Shown: piece by piece, positions 45,590 through 54,405 of the stretch
Layout of the letters: the number at the start of each line of letters is the position of its first letter
How positions within the stretch are numbered: position 1 is the stretch's first letter
IMG/VR virus record: IMGVR_UViG_3300005613_002794
Coordinates: 1-56,524 of that record
Source: a virus
Taxonomy: Duplodnaviria; Caudoviricetes
Reading direction: 5' to 3' (one strand)
DNA length: 56,524 nt
Position numbers and translations under genes: made by a program
The notes under the pieces: model-generated
Told to the model about the DNA's origin: nothing
Database searches by the model: none
Seen by the model: the letters and a program-made list of their open reading frames with translations, nothing else

Positions 45590-47607
45590 TGACTGAATAC
45601 AGCGCGATTGTCGTCGTTCAAACTAACGAGGCAGACCAGCCTACTAATTTATTAGCCCTTAATGAGGGCGACACTATTTCTTCAGGCGTATTACCTGACT
45701 CTGTAAGACAGGCTGTTTCTGGAGTTTCTGAAGTATCTTCTACAGTATATGATAACTCATCCTCTTGGGGGTTAGGACTTGATGCGGGTACTAGAGCTGA
45801 TATTGAATCTGTTTCTGGTACTGTTCGAGATACCTCAGGTGACTACACCGAGGCTTCAGTTGGATTTAGAATCTTTTCAGGTGACATTCAAGCCTCTACT
45901 TCTTATGTTTCAAGCTACGCTACTGATGTTTCAACCTATATTGAAGATAATAGGACATCTTGGGAGCAGGGAATTGATGCGGATACTCTAGCAGACATTG
46001 AATCGGTTTCAGCTACTGTTCTAAATACTTCAGGTGACTTGGTTGAAGCTTCTGCTGGATTTAGAGTCTTTTCAGGTGACATTCAAGCCTCTACCACATA
46101 CTTGTCTGGTTACACTGATGATTTAGAAACATCTGCTAGAAACTTATCAGGATTAGTAGATTCTTCAACAGCCATTCTTGATGGTAGTGTCGTTGCTCTA
46201 AATGCTTCTTCTGATAGACTATTTGTTTTTTCAGGTGATGTAGAAACGTCTACTGCTACTTTGGATAGTCGGGCTGATGCTATAGATTTAAGCACTAATA
46301 CATACTGGAATAAAACCTATGAAGATGTAAATACTAGTTCCACTAATTGGAATTTTACTTATATAGGTGTAAATACGAGTGCTCACCCTATATGGAATGC
46401 TACAGCAGTGGGAGTCTCTACTAGTGCTAATACATACTGGAATAGAACCTATGAAGATGTAAATACTAGTTCCACTAATTGGAATTTTACTTATATAGGT
46501 GTAAATACGAGTGCTCACCCTATATGGAATGCTACAGCACTGGGAGTCGCTACTAGTGCTAATCCATATTGGAATAGTAACTACGAAGACGTTCAAGCTA
46601 ACAGAGATGCTTGGGCAGTAACTTCTGGCATAGCTAGTGGTTTCGGTTTTGTACCTAACGCCCCTACAAAAACTCTCTCTTCAGTAGCCATTTCTGGTTT
46701 TGGTGATGGGGATACCTCAGGTGTTACTATTTTTGATGGAGCCATCCCTGTATACTCTGAAGAATTAGGTAGGTTTAACTATCTTCCATATATTGCGGAG
46801 CCCGCTGGCGGTTTTGAGGCAGTAGGGGAAAATGAGCCACCTGTATCAATTGGAATAACAGAGTTTGGAGGATTCCAATTTACCAATGAGAGTGGTACTC
46901 CTCAACTCTTGATTGATACCCAAGATGGATTCTTATCAGGAACTGGCTCCTTTGATATGTCTAGTATTCGTTCTGTCAAGGCAGGAACAGGAGATTTTAC
47001 CACAGCTAGTGCTGAAACTCAGGTAGTAGAGAGTGAATTAAAAGTGCGTGGAGCGGCTTTTTCTCAATTGGATAGAGGCTACAAGGCTACAAGTACAGAT
47101 AGGTTTGCTGTAAACGGATCTGGTATAGGTACAGGAGCTGGTGATATTTATATTGTCAACGCAGGAGCACCATTTATCTACTACGAAACTTCTACCGATG
47201 GTTCAGTTAGAAACGGATCTAATGAACTTGGATTAGGAGCAACTCCAATGTACACGGTCTCCTCGACGCCAGATTCTTATTTGTCTGGAACAATTGATGC
47301 CTTTTATGACAACTCAGCATATGCCAGAACAGTAGTATCCTCTACAGGAGTTTATGAAATCCAGGCTATGATGAACGTCTCATCCCTCGGGGAAATTGAC
47401 GTTGTGTATGGTGTACAGATTGATGGCGTTGATATCGCGCAAACAGGGGACACCGTTGTTGGTATCTCCGCTCCGCATTATATGTTATCAAAACTTCAAT
47501 TTGTAAAATTTTTAAATGTTGGACAAGAAATTAGAGTTACTTTAACTGCGGCGGCACAGCATATAATTGCAAAGGGTTCTAACCTACTAATACGAAGAAT
47601 AGGATAA
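45589..47607 (+). CDS. Fibre-like virion protein with internal repeats
   Basis: Ser/Thr-rich; W..TY..V repeats; 132-bp tandem duplication; beta-rich C-terminal domain. Confidence 0.65.
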   Translation: MTEYSAIVVVQTNEADQPTNLLALNEGDTISSGVLPDSVRQAVSGVSEVSSTVYDNSSSWGLGLDAGTRADIESVSGTVRDTSGDYTEASVGFRIFSGDIQASTSYVSSYATDVSTYIEDNRTSWEQGIDADTLADIESVSATVLNTSGDLVEASAGFRVFSGDIQASTTYLSGYTDDLETSARNLSGLVDSSTAILDGSVVALNASSDRLFVFSGDVETSTATLDSRADAIDLSTNTYWNKTYEDVNTSSTNWNFTYIGVNTSAHPIWNATAVGVSTSANTYWNRTYEDVNTSSTNWNFTYIGVNTSAHPIWNATALGVATSANPYWNSNYEDVQANRDAWAVTSGIASGFGFVPNAPTKTLSSVAISGFGDGDTSGVTIFDGAIPVYSEELGRFNYLPYIAEPAGGFEAVGENEPPVSIGITEFGGFQFTNESGTPQLLIDTQDGFLSGTGSFDMSSIRSVKAGTGDFTTASAETQVVESELKVRGAAFSQLDRGYKATSTDRFAVNGSGIGTGAGDIYIVNAGAPFIYYETSTDGSVRNGSNELGLGATPMYTVSSTPDSYLSGTIDAFYDNSAYARTVVSSTGVYEIQAMMNVSSLGEIDVVYGVQIDGVDIAQTGDTVVGISAPHYMLSKLQFVKFLNVGQEIRVTLTAAAQHIIAKGSNLLIRRIG

Positions 47608-47612
47608 ATACT

Positions 47613-47864
47613 ATGCCTGAAACTACACCTCATCCAGAAAAAAAGATTACAATAGGTAAAGAAACACTTATGCCCATCAGTATGGTGATTGCCGTCTGCG
47701 GTGGGGTCGTTTGGATTAGCACTCAACTTAACAATATAAATTATAAGTTAGACGTACTTGAATCCAAACTCCAAGACCAGTGGACTACCAGGGACATGGA
47801 AAACTGGGGCCTACGCTTACAAATGCAGAACCCAGAAATTGTAATTCCAAAAATGAAAGATTAG
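47613..47864 (+). CDS. Small single-TM protein
   Basis: Hydrophobic MPISMVIAVCGGVVWI segment. Confidence 0.55.
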   Translation: MPETTPHPEKKITIGKETLMPISMVIAVCGGVVWISTQLNNINYKLDVLESKLQDQWTTRDMENWGLRLQMQNPEIVIPKMKD

Positions 47865-47887
47865 TCTAACATGCCAGAAATGACACA

Positions 47888-48115
47888 TTAGTCTAACATG
47901 TGGTTTTGTTTGGCTGCTCTTAGCAGTCTCCACATGTAGCTATCTTTTAAATTTTCTAGAGTTGTAATTATATTTTCCAACTTGTGTATTAACTCTTCGT
48001 TAACAACTCTTGTTTCCGTCGCCATTTTGATTTCTTCTGACACGGAAGTGATTGTCTTTCTATCGTCTTCAGATATTGAGAATATCTGTTTTTCTATAGT
48101 TTCTCTGGCTTTCAT
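47888..48115 (-). CDS. Hypothetical protein
   Basis: ATGA overlap in minus-strand operon. Confidence 0.55.
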   Translation of the reverse strand: MKARETIEKQIFSISEDDRKTITSVSEEIKMATETRVVNEELIHKLENIITTLENLKDSYMWRLLRAAKQNHMLD

Positions 48116-48702
48116 CGTTGTACCTTTATTTTTTTGTCCCAACAGCTAATCATTAAGCTGATTCTTGAGGATCCTGATCGCATATGTCGGATAGGTAAAA
48201 CTCCATGAGCGTGGTTTCCCTCAAAGATTACTAGGCGGCTGGGTTTGTATTCAATCTTTAACCACTTGTTTGCTTTGGATCTTTCAGCTAGATTGTAGAT
48301 ATCTTCCTCAAAAAAGTAGCCTGGATGATATGGTTCGGGATCCATCACAAGCTCGCCGCCTTCGATCTCGTCTCCTCCAAGAAAGAGAACGGCTGTCTTT
48401 TTGGCAGGTTCAATACCTTCTACCTCTTCATCACAATCCACATGATGATGTAGATAGTTATTATTGTGGTCTAAGACGTTAACCCAAACCTCGTAACCCT
48501 TGCCTGTAAACCCTGGATCTACATTAGATAAAGACCTAATAATCTTACAGATATCAGATTCTGTCTTGTCCTTGTGTTTCTTACCCCAAACATACTTGTC
48601 GCTGAAGAAATCAAACTGCCAGGATCCAGCGTAATGAAAAAAGCTATAAAGGTCATCTAAAGTAGAATCTCCACCAAAAAAATCATCTTCTATCTTAATC
48701 AT
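48112..48702 (-). CDS. 2OG-Fe(II) oxygenase
   Basis: GYEVWVN, HVDCDE, GGEL, RLVIF...HGV, R.SL. Confidence 0.75.
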   Translation of the reverse strand: MIKIEDDFFGGDSTLDDLYSFFHYAGSWQFDFFSDKYVWGKKHKDKTESDICKIIRSLSNVDPGFTGKGYEVWVNVLDHNNNYLHHHVDCDEEVEGIEPAKKTAVLFLGGDEIEGGELVMDPEPYHPGYFFEEDIYNLAERSKANKWLKIEYKPSRLVIFEGNHAHGVLPIRHMRSGSSRISLMISCWDKKIKVQR

Positions 48703-50075
48703 AGAATTTTTACCGTATGGCCCTCTTTTTCGTAGTGTCGTCTGCGTGCTACAGAGTGATCAGATAGATATTTCTCTTTATCGAGAAAATCATAGATATA
48801 TACTACATCTTTGCTATCATGCCGTCTTAATGCTCGGCCAAGTGCTTGTAAAGTAGCAATTTCGGATTTCATACCTCTTGCATTTATGAAGTGGGTGATC
48901 TCCTCGATATTTACTCCTGTTTGCAGAATTTTTGTTCCAATAAGAACACTAGACTCTGAGCATCCTCTGAATCTAGATATACAGTCATACCGTTCTCCGA
49001 TGGAATTAGCCCCTTCCAAGAACTCAACGGATCCTCCAACCATTTCCTCCAAGGTCCTTCCGTGATCAAGTGATTTGGTAAGAATAAGGATACGGGCTTT
49101 TTTGTTTCTTCTTCTGATGTCATTTACAATTTCTTTTATTATTTTGTTTCTGGGTTCGTTGTTTACAATGTAATCATCATAAACGTCAAGGAACCCCATG
49201 TCCTCATCGACTCCACTAGCTTCGTAGGGTCTGTCAATGAGTTGTATGATTGGTTTTGTGAGTTTGCCTTCATCAACTAGATCGGCTGTTGCCACGGTCT
49301 GTAGGACGCTCCCTAGAGCGCCCTCTAGGTTGTATCGAGGGATCTTCTCACTTGGAGGCGTAGCGGTGAATCCGAAGCGGTACACGGCGTTAGGGAAGCT
49401 CCTGATGGCTGTCAGGGTGGTCTTCCCATTAGCGAACTCATGGCACTCGTCAACCATAAGCACTTCAGCTTCGGTCAAGTGTGTGTCTAAGATTCTTTCG
49501 ATGCTTTGTACAGTACATAACATAATATCACCACAAACAAAACCCTCACCAAAACAAAGCCCAATATTATCAAATCCACAAGCTTTAGTAAGGAAATCAT
49601 ATGTCTGCGTCAGTAGCTGTTTCGCATTGAACAAGATCACCATCTTTTTACCCTCTAGAGCTTTGATCAAACCAGCCATGATCAAAGTTTTTCCTGAGCC
49701 AGTTGGAGACTTGATAACACCTCTCATCTTATCTAGGCCCTGAGCGATAAGTTCTTTTTGGTAGTCGTAGTAAGTAAATCCTGGTATTGTGTAATCTACT
49801 TTTTGTATTTCAGAAACAGGAAGATGATCTAGAACTATCTCGGGATCACAATCAATCTTCTTTAAGTCCTCAAGTAACCTAGATAATAGGCCAGTCTTAA
49901 ATACGCCAGACTTAGAAATAAAGTAAGTTTTACCATCCCATTGTCTCCGCTTGTACGCAGGCGAGTACCTGGCACCAGGAACATTGAATGAGTAAAGCTC
50001 ATATAGTGCTTTTAGAAGCTCGGGATTGTCGGTTTCTATACGAGAATTTATTGTATCGACATAGATCTTCATCAC
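48699..50075 (-). CDS. uvsW: SF2 DNA helicase (UvsW-like)
   Basis: SPTGSGKT, DECH, TATP, TGVNI, QALGRALR. Confidence 0.9.
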   Translation of the reverse strand: MMKIYVDTINSRIETDNPELLKALYELYSFNVPGARYSPAYKRRQWDGKTYFISKSGVFKTGLLSRLLEDLKKIDCDPEIVLDHLPVSEIQKVDYTIPGFTYYDYQKELIAQGLDKMRGVIKSPTGSGKTLIMAGLIKALEGKKMVILFNAKQLLTQTYDFLTKACGFDNIGLCFGEGFVCGDIMLCTVQSIERILDTHLTEAEVLMVDECHEFANGKTTLTAIRSFPNAVYRFGFTATPPSEKIPRYNLEGALGSVLQTVATADLVDEGKLTKPIIQLIDRPYEASGVDEDMGFLDVYDDYIVNNEPRNKIIKEIVNDIRRRNKKARILILTKSLDHGRTLEEMVGGSVEFLEGANSIGERYDCISRFRGCSESSVLIGTKILQTGVNIEEITHFINARGMKSEIATLQALGRALRRHDSKDVVYIYDFLDKEKYLSDHSVARRRHYEKEGHTVKIL

Positions 50076-50115
50076 ACTATTATAGATTAGGAATTATGCC
50101 TATAGGAGTTGAAAT

Positions 50116-50859
50116 ATGCTAAACCAACCAGTTAACGATGAAGCCAAGCAGGCGGTCATTGATGAAATTTTAAAAGAGCTTCCCACAGATACTGCTGTGG
50201 AAGTGGAGCTACCCTCTGAGTCTAAAGTCTATAGCTTAGAAGACCCAGGGGCTCCAATCACCATCCGTCCTATGACATTTGAGGACGAGAAGGCTCTAGT
50301 CAGTGCTGGTAAGGGTGATGATCCAGTAAACTTGATTCTACAAAGGTGTACGACCAATATCAAGATTCCAGATCTCCTTTCCATGGATAAGCTTTACCTT
50401 ATCATGAAACTGAGAGAGATTTCTTATGGAGATGATTACAACACCTTGTTGGTGTGCTCTCACTGTAAGGCTGAGAACCCAACCACTGTTAAGCTATCTC
50501 AATTAAATGTTAACCCTGTTCCTGATGATTTTGAAGACCCTATCACTGTCATGCTTCCAACCATCAAAAAGGAAGCCAAGGTACGTCTTCCTAGAGTTCG
50601 CGATGAGAGAATGATGATGGACACACAAGCAGCCCTTGATCAGATTTGGAGATTTGTGGTGGAGATTGATGGGCATACCGACAAATCAATCGTAGCTCCA
50701 GTCGTTGATAAGTTGCCTCTAAGAGATGTCAGAACCATCCTAAATGCTATCAAGACTGATTACGGCGTAGATACAAAGATTAAATTTGAGTGCAATAGCT
50801 GTGGAGGGGTGACGGTCGTAGACCTGCCAATCGACTCAAATTTTTTCGATGTGAACTAG
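50116..50859 (+). CDS. Baseplate hub / tail assembly chaperone (T4 gp26-like)
   Basis: V.LPS...Y, IRPMTFEDE, D..YL...LR..SYG, two CxxC, ends NFF. Confidence 0.8.
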   Translation: MLNQPVNDEAKQAVIDEILKELPTDTAVEVELPSESKVYSLEDPGAPITIRPMTFEDEKALVSAGKGDDPVNLILQRCTTNIKIPDLLSMDKLYLIMKLREISYGDDYNTLLVCSHCKAENPTTVKLSQLNVNPVPDDFEDPITVMLPTIKKEAKVRLPRVRDERMMMDTQAALDQIWRFVVEIDGHTDKSIVAPVVDKLPLRDVRTILNAIKTDYGVDTKIKFECNSCGGVTVVDLPIDSNFFDVN

Positions 50860-51038
50860 AAGAAGTAATTGATGTAGACAATCTTCTTCTAGAAGCCTAT
50901 ATACTTGTGAAACGAGCCAATTTCACATATTCCGATGTGAAGGAGATGACTCGTACAGAAAGAACAGTATTTCTAAAACTCCTAAGAGAGGACCTGGAGC
51001 GAGAACAAGATGCAATTAAACGGAGTAACAGTAGTTGA
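50847..51038 (+). CDS. -1 frame extension of baseplate hub gene (gp51-like)
   Basis: Open frame RCELEEV...EAYILVKRANFTYSDVKEMTRTERTVFL after T TTT TTC; no good start codon. Confidence 0.6.
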   Translation, partial: RCELEEVIDVDNLLLEAYILVKRANFTYSDVKEMTRTERTVFLKLLREDLEREQDAIKRSNSS

Positions 51039-51963
51039 TAGACACAACAGACCCACTGTAATTCAGAAGGTCGCGTTGCGTGCATTCTTTATTAATGATG
51101 GAGAATATTACGATCCTTACGATATTAGTGGAGTAACTATTTTTCAAAAGGCATCTAACTTTACTCCAAGCACAGTTCTCGGCAGCGACAACCTCATCAT
51201 AAGCTCAGTTCCAGGATCAATCATCAAAATGCACTTTACCCCCTCTGGCGATGATGGGGGAACAGCAGGTCAGGATCCAAGTGGATATAACCCAGGAACT
51301 GATATCAGGGCTACCAGCGGAGTTTATCGTGTAAGCAAGGGTGAGTACATGGTGATCCTTGATGGGACGCAAACCACATCGGGGGTCTATGATTTCCACG
51401 GCTCATCTCTCACGGTTGAAAACACTGCTAGTGCTGTAAATGATTATATTGATTGTTGGACTATTCAGTTTGCTCAAGGCTCACTATATCAAACGATAAT
51501 CAATGATTTTCACCTGTATGATGACACGTTCTTCAGCATCACACAACCCCTCCTCCTAGCCAGCAGAAACAAACTAATCAATAGAAACATAGTTCTAAGC
51601 TCAATCGAAGATCTAAAAGTAACAACTGAGATTACAATTCAAAACAAAGACATCGACCAGAGTGTAAAAAATATCTTCAAAGATTCAGCCATCACAAACG
51701 CGATGATGAAGATCGAAAAGGTGAACGAAGATTCAACAACTCTGCCTGCTCACGTTACTGTCTCTGGATTCTCTGACACTAGTGCTCTGATTGACGTTAC
51801 CTCAGATAACACTATGGTTTTGAACTTCGATACCACAACCCTAGCTACCCATGCCAATGTGGCAGACTTTGGAGGTCTAACAGGAACCTACAGGGCCATT
51901 GTGAAATACACACTACTAAATGAAACTATCATATCGTCGCCCTATTACTTTACAATAAGTTAA
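51010..51963 (+). CDS. Putative virion structural protein
   Basis: Beta-rich Thr/Ser composition, tail gene context. Confidence 0.6.
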   Translation: MQLNGVTVVDRHNRPTVIQKVALRAFFINDGEYYDPYDISGVTIFQKASNFTPSTVLGSDNLIISSVPGSIIKMHFTPSGDDGGTAGQDPSGYNPGTDIRATSGVYRVSKGEYMVILDGTQTTSGVYDFHGSSLTVENTASAVNDYIDCWTIQFAQGSLYQTIINDFHLYDDTFFSITQPLLLASRNKLINRNIVLSSIEDLKVTTEITIQNKDIDQSVKNIFKDSAITNAMMKIEKVNEDSTTLPAHVTVSGFSDTSALIDVTSDNTMVLNFDTTTLATHANVADFGGLTGTYRAIVKYTLLNETIISSPYYFTIS

Positions 51964-52942
51964 TTTCATTTATCATTTTGTATTCAAAATTATAGAGAGA
52001 GCTTTCATTCATAACCCAGGAGTGAAGGCTCTCTCCTTTTACATGAGCTTCGTTCCAATCTTTGCAGCCCTTAGGTGGGGAACAGACGTAGAAATCATCC
52101 ATTAGTCTTTCACGGCGAAGCACATCAAACCTCTGGCATCCCCTAACACCAGCGGTATCACTATCAAAGCCCAGGATAACCCTGCCATCAAATGTTGACA
52201 GGATCTCAGCCTGGCGAGGGCTAATGTAGTTCTTCATGGTGGCTGTAGCGTTCACACCTTGGAGCTGTAGGGACTTAGCATCCAAAGGCCCTTCGCATAC
52301 AACTACATAATCCTCGTCTTCGTTGTAAGGGTACAGGATCTCTGAGGGGTTGGGAGCAGACTCGATAGAAGGGTTTAGATACTTTGGTCTCTGGTCGCCC
52401 AAGGCTCGACCTTGGAAGTAGTATACAACACCATCTTTCTTGAATGGAATTATGATTCTGTTTTGGAACTTGCCATCCATGCACAGGTAGTATTCAGCAG
52501 CAGGGGGATCTTCTACAGAGAAAAGTTTTCTCTCAAACAATAGGCTCCATGCCCTCAAGACATCAGGATCGTCAGAGTGCCCAGACTCAATATTCAAAGG
52601 AATAAGCTTGCTAGTGTCCAACTCAAGCTGACGCTCCTCCTTGATTTGCTCTGGAATGTCCTCACCAATGAACTCAAAGTTCCTGATCATCAGATCCCTA
52701 TAAGCGCGGAAGTAGGGAATATCTTCAGCTTCGGAGTACAGTCTGGTGAAGTTACCTGAGCGCCCAGTCTTGAAACACTGCCACAAACCACTATCTACAT
52801 TGACGCTCATGTGCCTCTTCCAATCATTCCTGACGAAGAGTGATTCCATGATAAATTCCCGACCGTTGGAAGATAACCTTCCTTTATCAGAAAAATTTTG
52901 AGTAATGTAGTCTCTAATAAACTGAGGTGCTATAATGTACAT
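51950..52942 (-). CDS. DNA primase (TOPRIM)
   Basis: RIIIPF, FQGR, PKYLN, VCEGPLDA, FDSDTAG, KDWNE. Confidence 0.9.
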   Translation of the reverse strand: MYIIAPQFIRDYITQNFSDKGRLSSNGREFIMESLFVRNDWKRHMSVNVDSGLWQCFKTGRSGNFTRLYSEAEDIPYFRAYRDLMIRNFEFIGEDIPEQIKEERQLELDTSKLIPLNIESGHSDDPDVLRAWSLLFERKLFSVEDPPAAEYYLCMDGKFQNRIIIPFKKDGVVYYFQGRALGDQRPKYLNPSIESAPNPSEILYPYNEDEDYVVVCEGPLDAKSLQLQGVNATATMKNYISPRQAEILSTFDGRVILGFDSDTAGVRGCQRFDVLRRERLMDDFYVCSPPKGCKDWNEAHVKGESLHSWVMNESSLYNFEYKMINEINLL

Positions 52943-53720
52943 AAAAACTATTTCCGAATCTAAGTATCAAACTTTCAAGCAGTGTAAACTTAAATACCGT
53001 TACCGTTATGTTGATCGTCTGCCTGAGCCAGAGGAGTCTAACACAGACGCTCTCCACTTTGGATCATATATCCACAAGATCCTTGAGGACGGTGTGAACG
53101 CCAAAACTCAAGAGGAGCTTGTCCAGATCGCTGAGGAAGTGAAGGGCACATACAAGGTATCAGAGAAGTACGACGGCAAGGATTTAAAGTGTATCCAGAA
53201 TTTTCTGAAGTTCAATGAACAACTAGAGAATACCGTCGCCTGCGAGCTTGTATTCGAAGTTCCAGTAAAAGACGACATTACCTTGAATGGAGTAATAGAC
53301 CGTGTAATCAAGGGCAATGATGGTGGTTATCTGGTAATCGACTACAAGACATCCAAGCGTGAGAAAAGTAAGGTCGAACTTTACCAGGATTCCCAACTCA
53401 AAGGGTATGTGTACGCTATCAGCAAACTATACGATGTGCCCTACTCTAAGATCATCGCAGCACACTACTACCCACTAACTAACAATTTTGTACACGTTCA
53501 ATACTCTACCCCTCAGATTACAGCCCATGCTCGCAAGATCGTTGATGAAGTCTGGAAGATCCGCAAGAGCAAGAAAGAGGACATGAAGCCTAACCGCAAT
53601 GAATTTTGCTCATGGTGCGCCTACAAGACCTGCTGCCCCGAGTTTAATTCTCCTCAGGCATGTTCTTCCAAGATCGAGCAGTTGAAGGCTAAGAAGGCTT
53701 TGGATAAGTCCCGTAAATAA
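52935..53720 (+). CDS. PD-(D/E)XK RecB/Cas4-like exonuclease
   Basis: S.SK...F.QC, G..IH..LE, G.IDR, IDYKTS, QL..Y, C.WC....CCP. Confidence 0.85.
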   Translation: MYIKTISESKYQTFKQCKLKYRYRYVDRLPEPEESNTDALHFGSYIHKILEDGVNAKTQEELVQIAEEVKGTYKVSEKYDGKDLKCIQNFLKFNEQLENTVACELVFEVPVKDDITLNGVIDRVIKGNDGGYLVIDYKTSKREKSKVELYQDSQLKGYVYAISKLYDVPYSKIIAAHYYPLTNNFVHVQYSTPQITAHARKIVDEVWKIRKSKKEDMKPNRNEFCSWCAYKTCCPEFNSPQACSSKIEQLKAKKALDKSRK

Positions 53721-53985
53721 ACGGAGAGTAGATACTTATATCAATAGAAACAAAGAAGTTATGTACCTGATCAGATGAGTAGTTACACTTCTTAGTTAAA
53801 TAGTTATAAAGCATTTCTAGTTTAATAGGCTTCTGTTTATTCATACCATCAAGAACCTTAAACTGAAAGTGCTTAATAAATTTTTCACTATACTTATGTC
53901 TCCACTTTTCAACAAAAGAATAGCTAAGTGTCTCATTTATAAGATCAAGAAAATCAATAATATCTACATCTAGGTTATAACTCAT
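53689..53985 (-). CDS. Hypothetical protein
   Basis: ORF divergent from TATATA box at about 54000. Confidence 0.5.
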   Translation of the reverse strand: MSYNLDVDIIDFLDLINETLSYSFVEKWRHKYSEKFIKHFQFKVLDGMNKQKPIKLEMLYNYLTKKCNYSSDQVHNFFVSIDISIYSPFIYGTYPKPS

Positions 53986-54018
53986 GATTAGGGTAATGTT
54001 TATATATAATATAGAGCT

Positions 54019-54405
54019 ATGAGAGGTTTTTCAAAAGAAATCAAGAATTTTCTTACTCAAGTCCAAGCAGCCGATGATTTGAGGATAAGTATTGTCCCAA
54101 AGAGTGAATCCTGTGGTGGCCCAGGGGATATATTATTTTTTCGGTATAAGTTAGGTGAAGGTAAAGGAAGTAGAGCTTTTAGGATTTTTCTCTTGACAGA
54201 GCCTATAACTAAAGATGCTAGAACGGGAAACAGATTGATGACTGGGTTTAGAGTTCCTGAAGATGGCACATATACCCCAGATTCTTTAGAGTCTCTATAT
54301 AAAAATAAGGAGCTTGATAAAGAACAATATAGGACCTACATAATGTCTAGAATATATGGTCCCCTAAGAAAGATTAGCAGACTCCCACAACAGGAGATTA
54401 GATAA
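54019..54405 (+). CDS. Hypothetical protein
   Basis: ORF coupled to next gene. Confidence 0.6.
   Translation: MRGFSKEIKNFLTQVQAADDLRISIVPKSESCGGPGDILFFRYKLGEGKGSRAFRIFLLTEPITKDARTGNRLMTGFRVPEDGTYTPDSLESLYKNKELDKEQYRTYIMSRIYGPLRKISRLPQQEIR

Noticed and set aside
47860-47900. 14-bp direct repeat ATTAGTCTAACATG
   Set aside because: Small local duplication at convergent stop codons with no sign of a mobile element.
11284-52942. Inteins in RecA, terminase, helicase or primase
   Set aside because: Protein lengths are normal and no intein splice motifs were seen.
52935-53720. Cas4 as part of a CRISPR system
   Set aside because: Stand-alone PD-(D/E)XK nuclease beside primase, a common phage arrangement.
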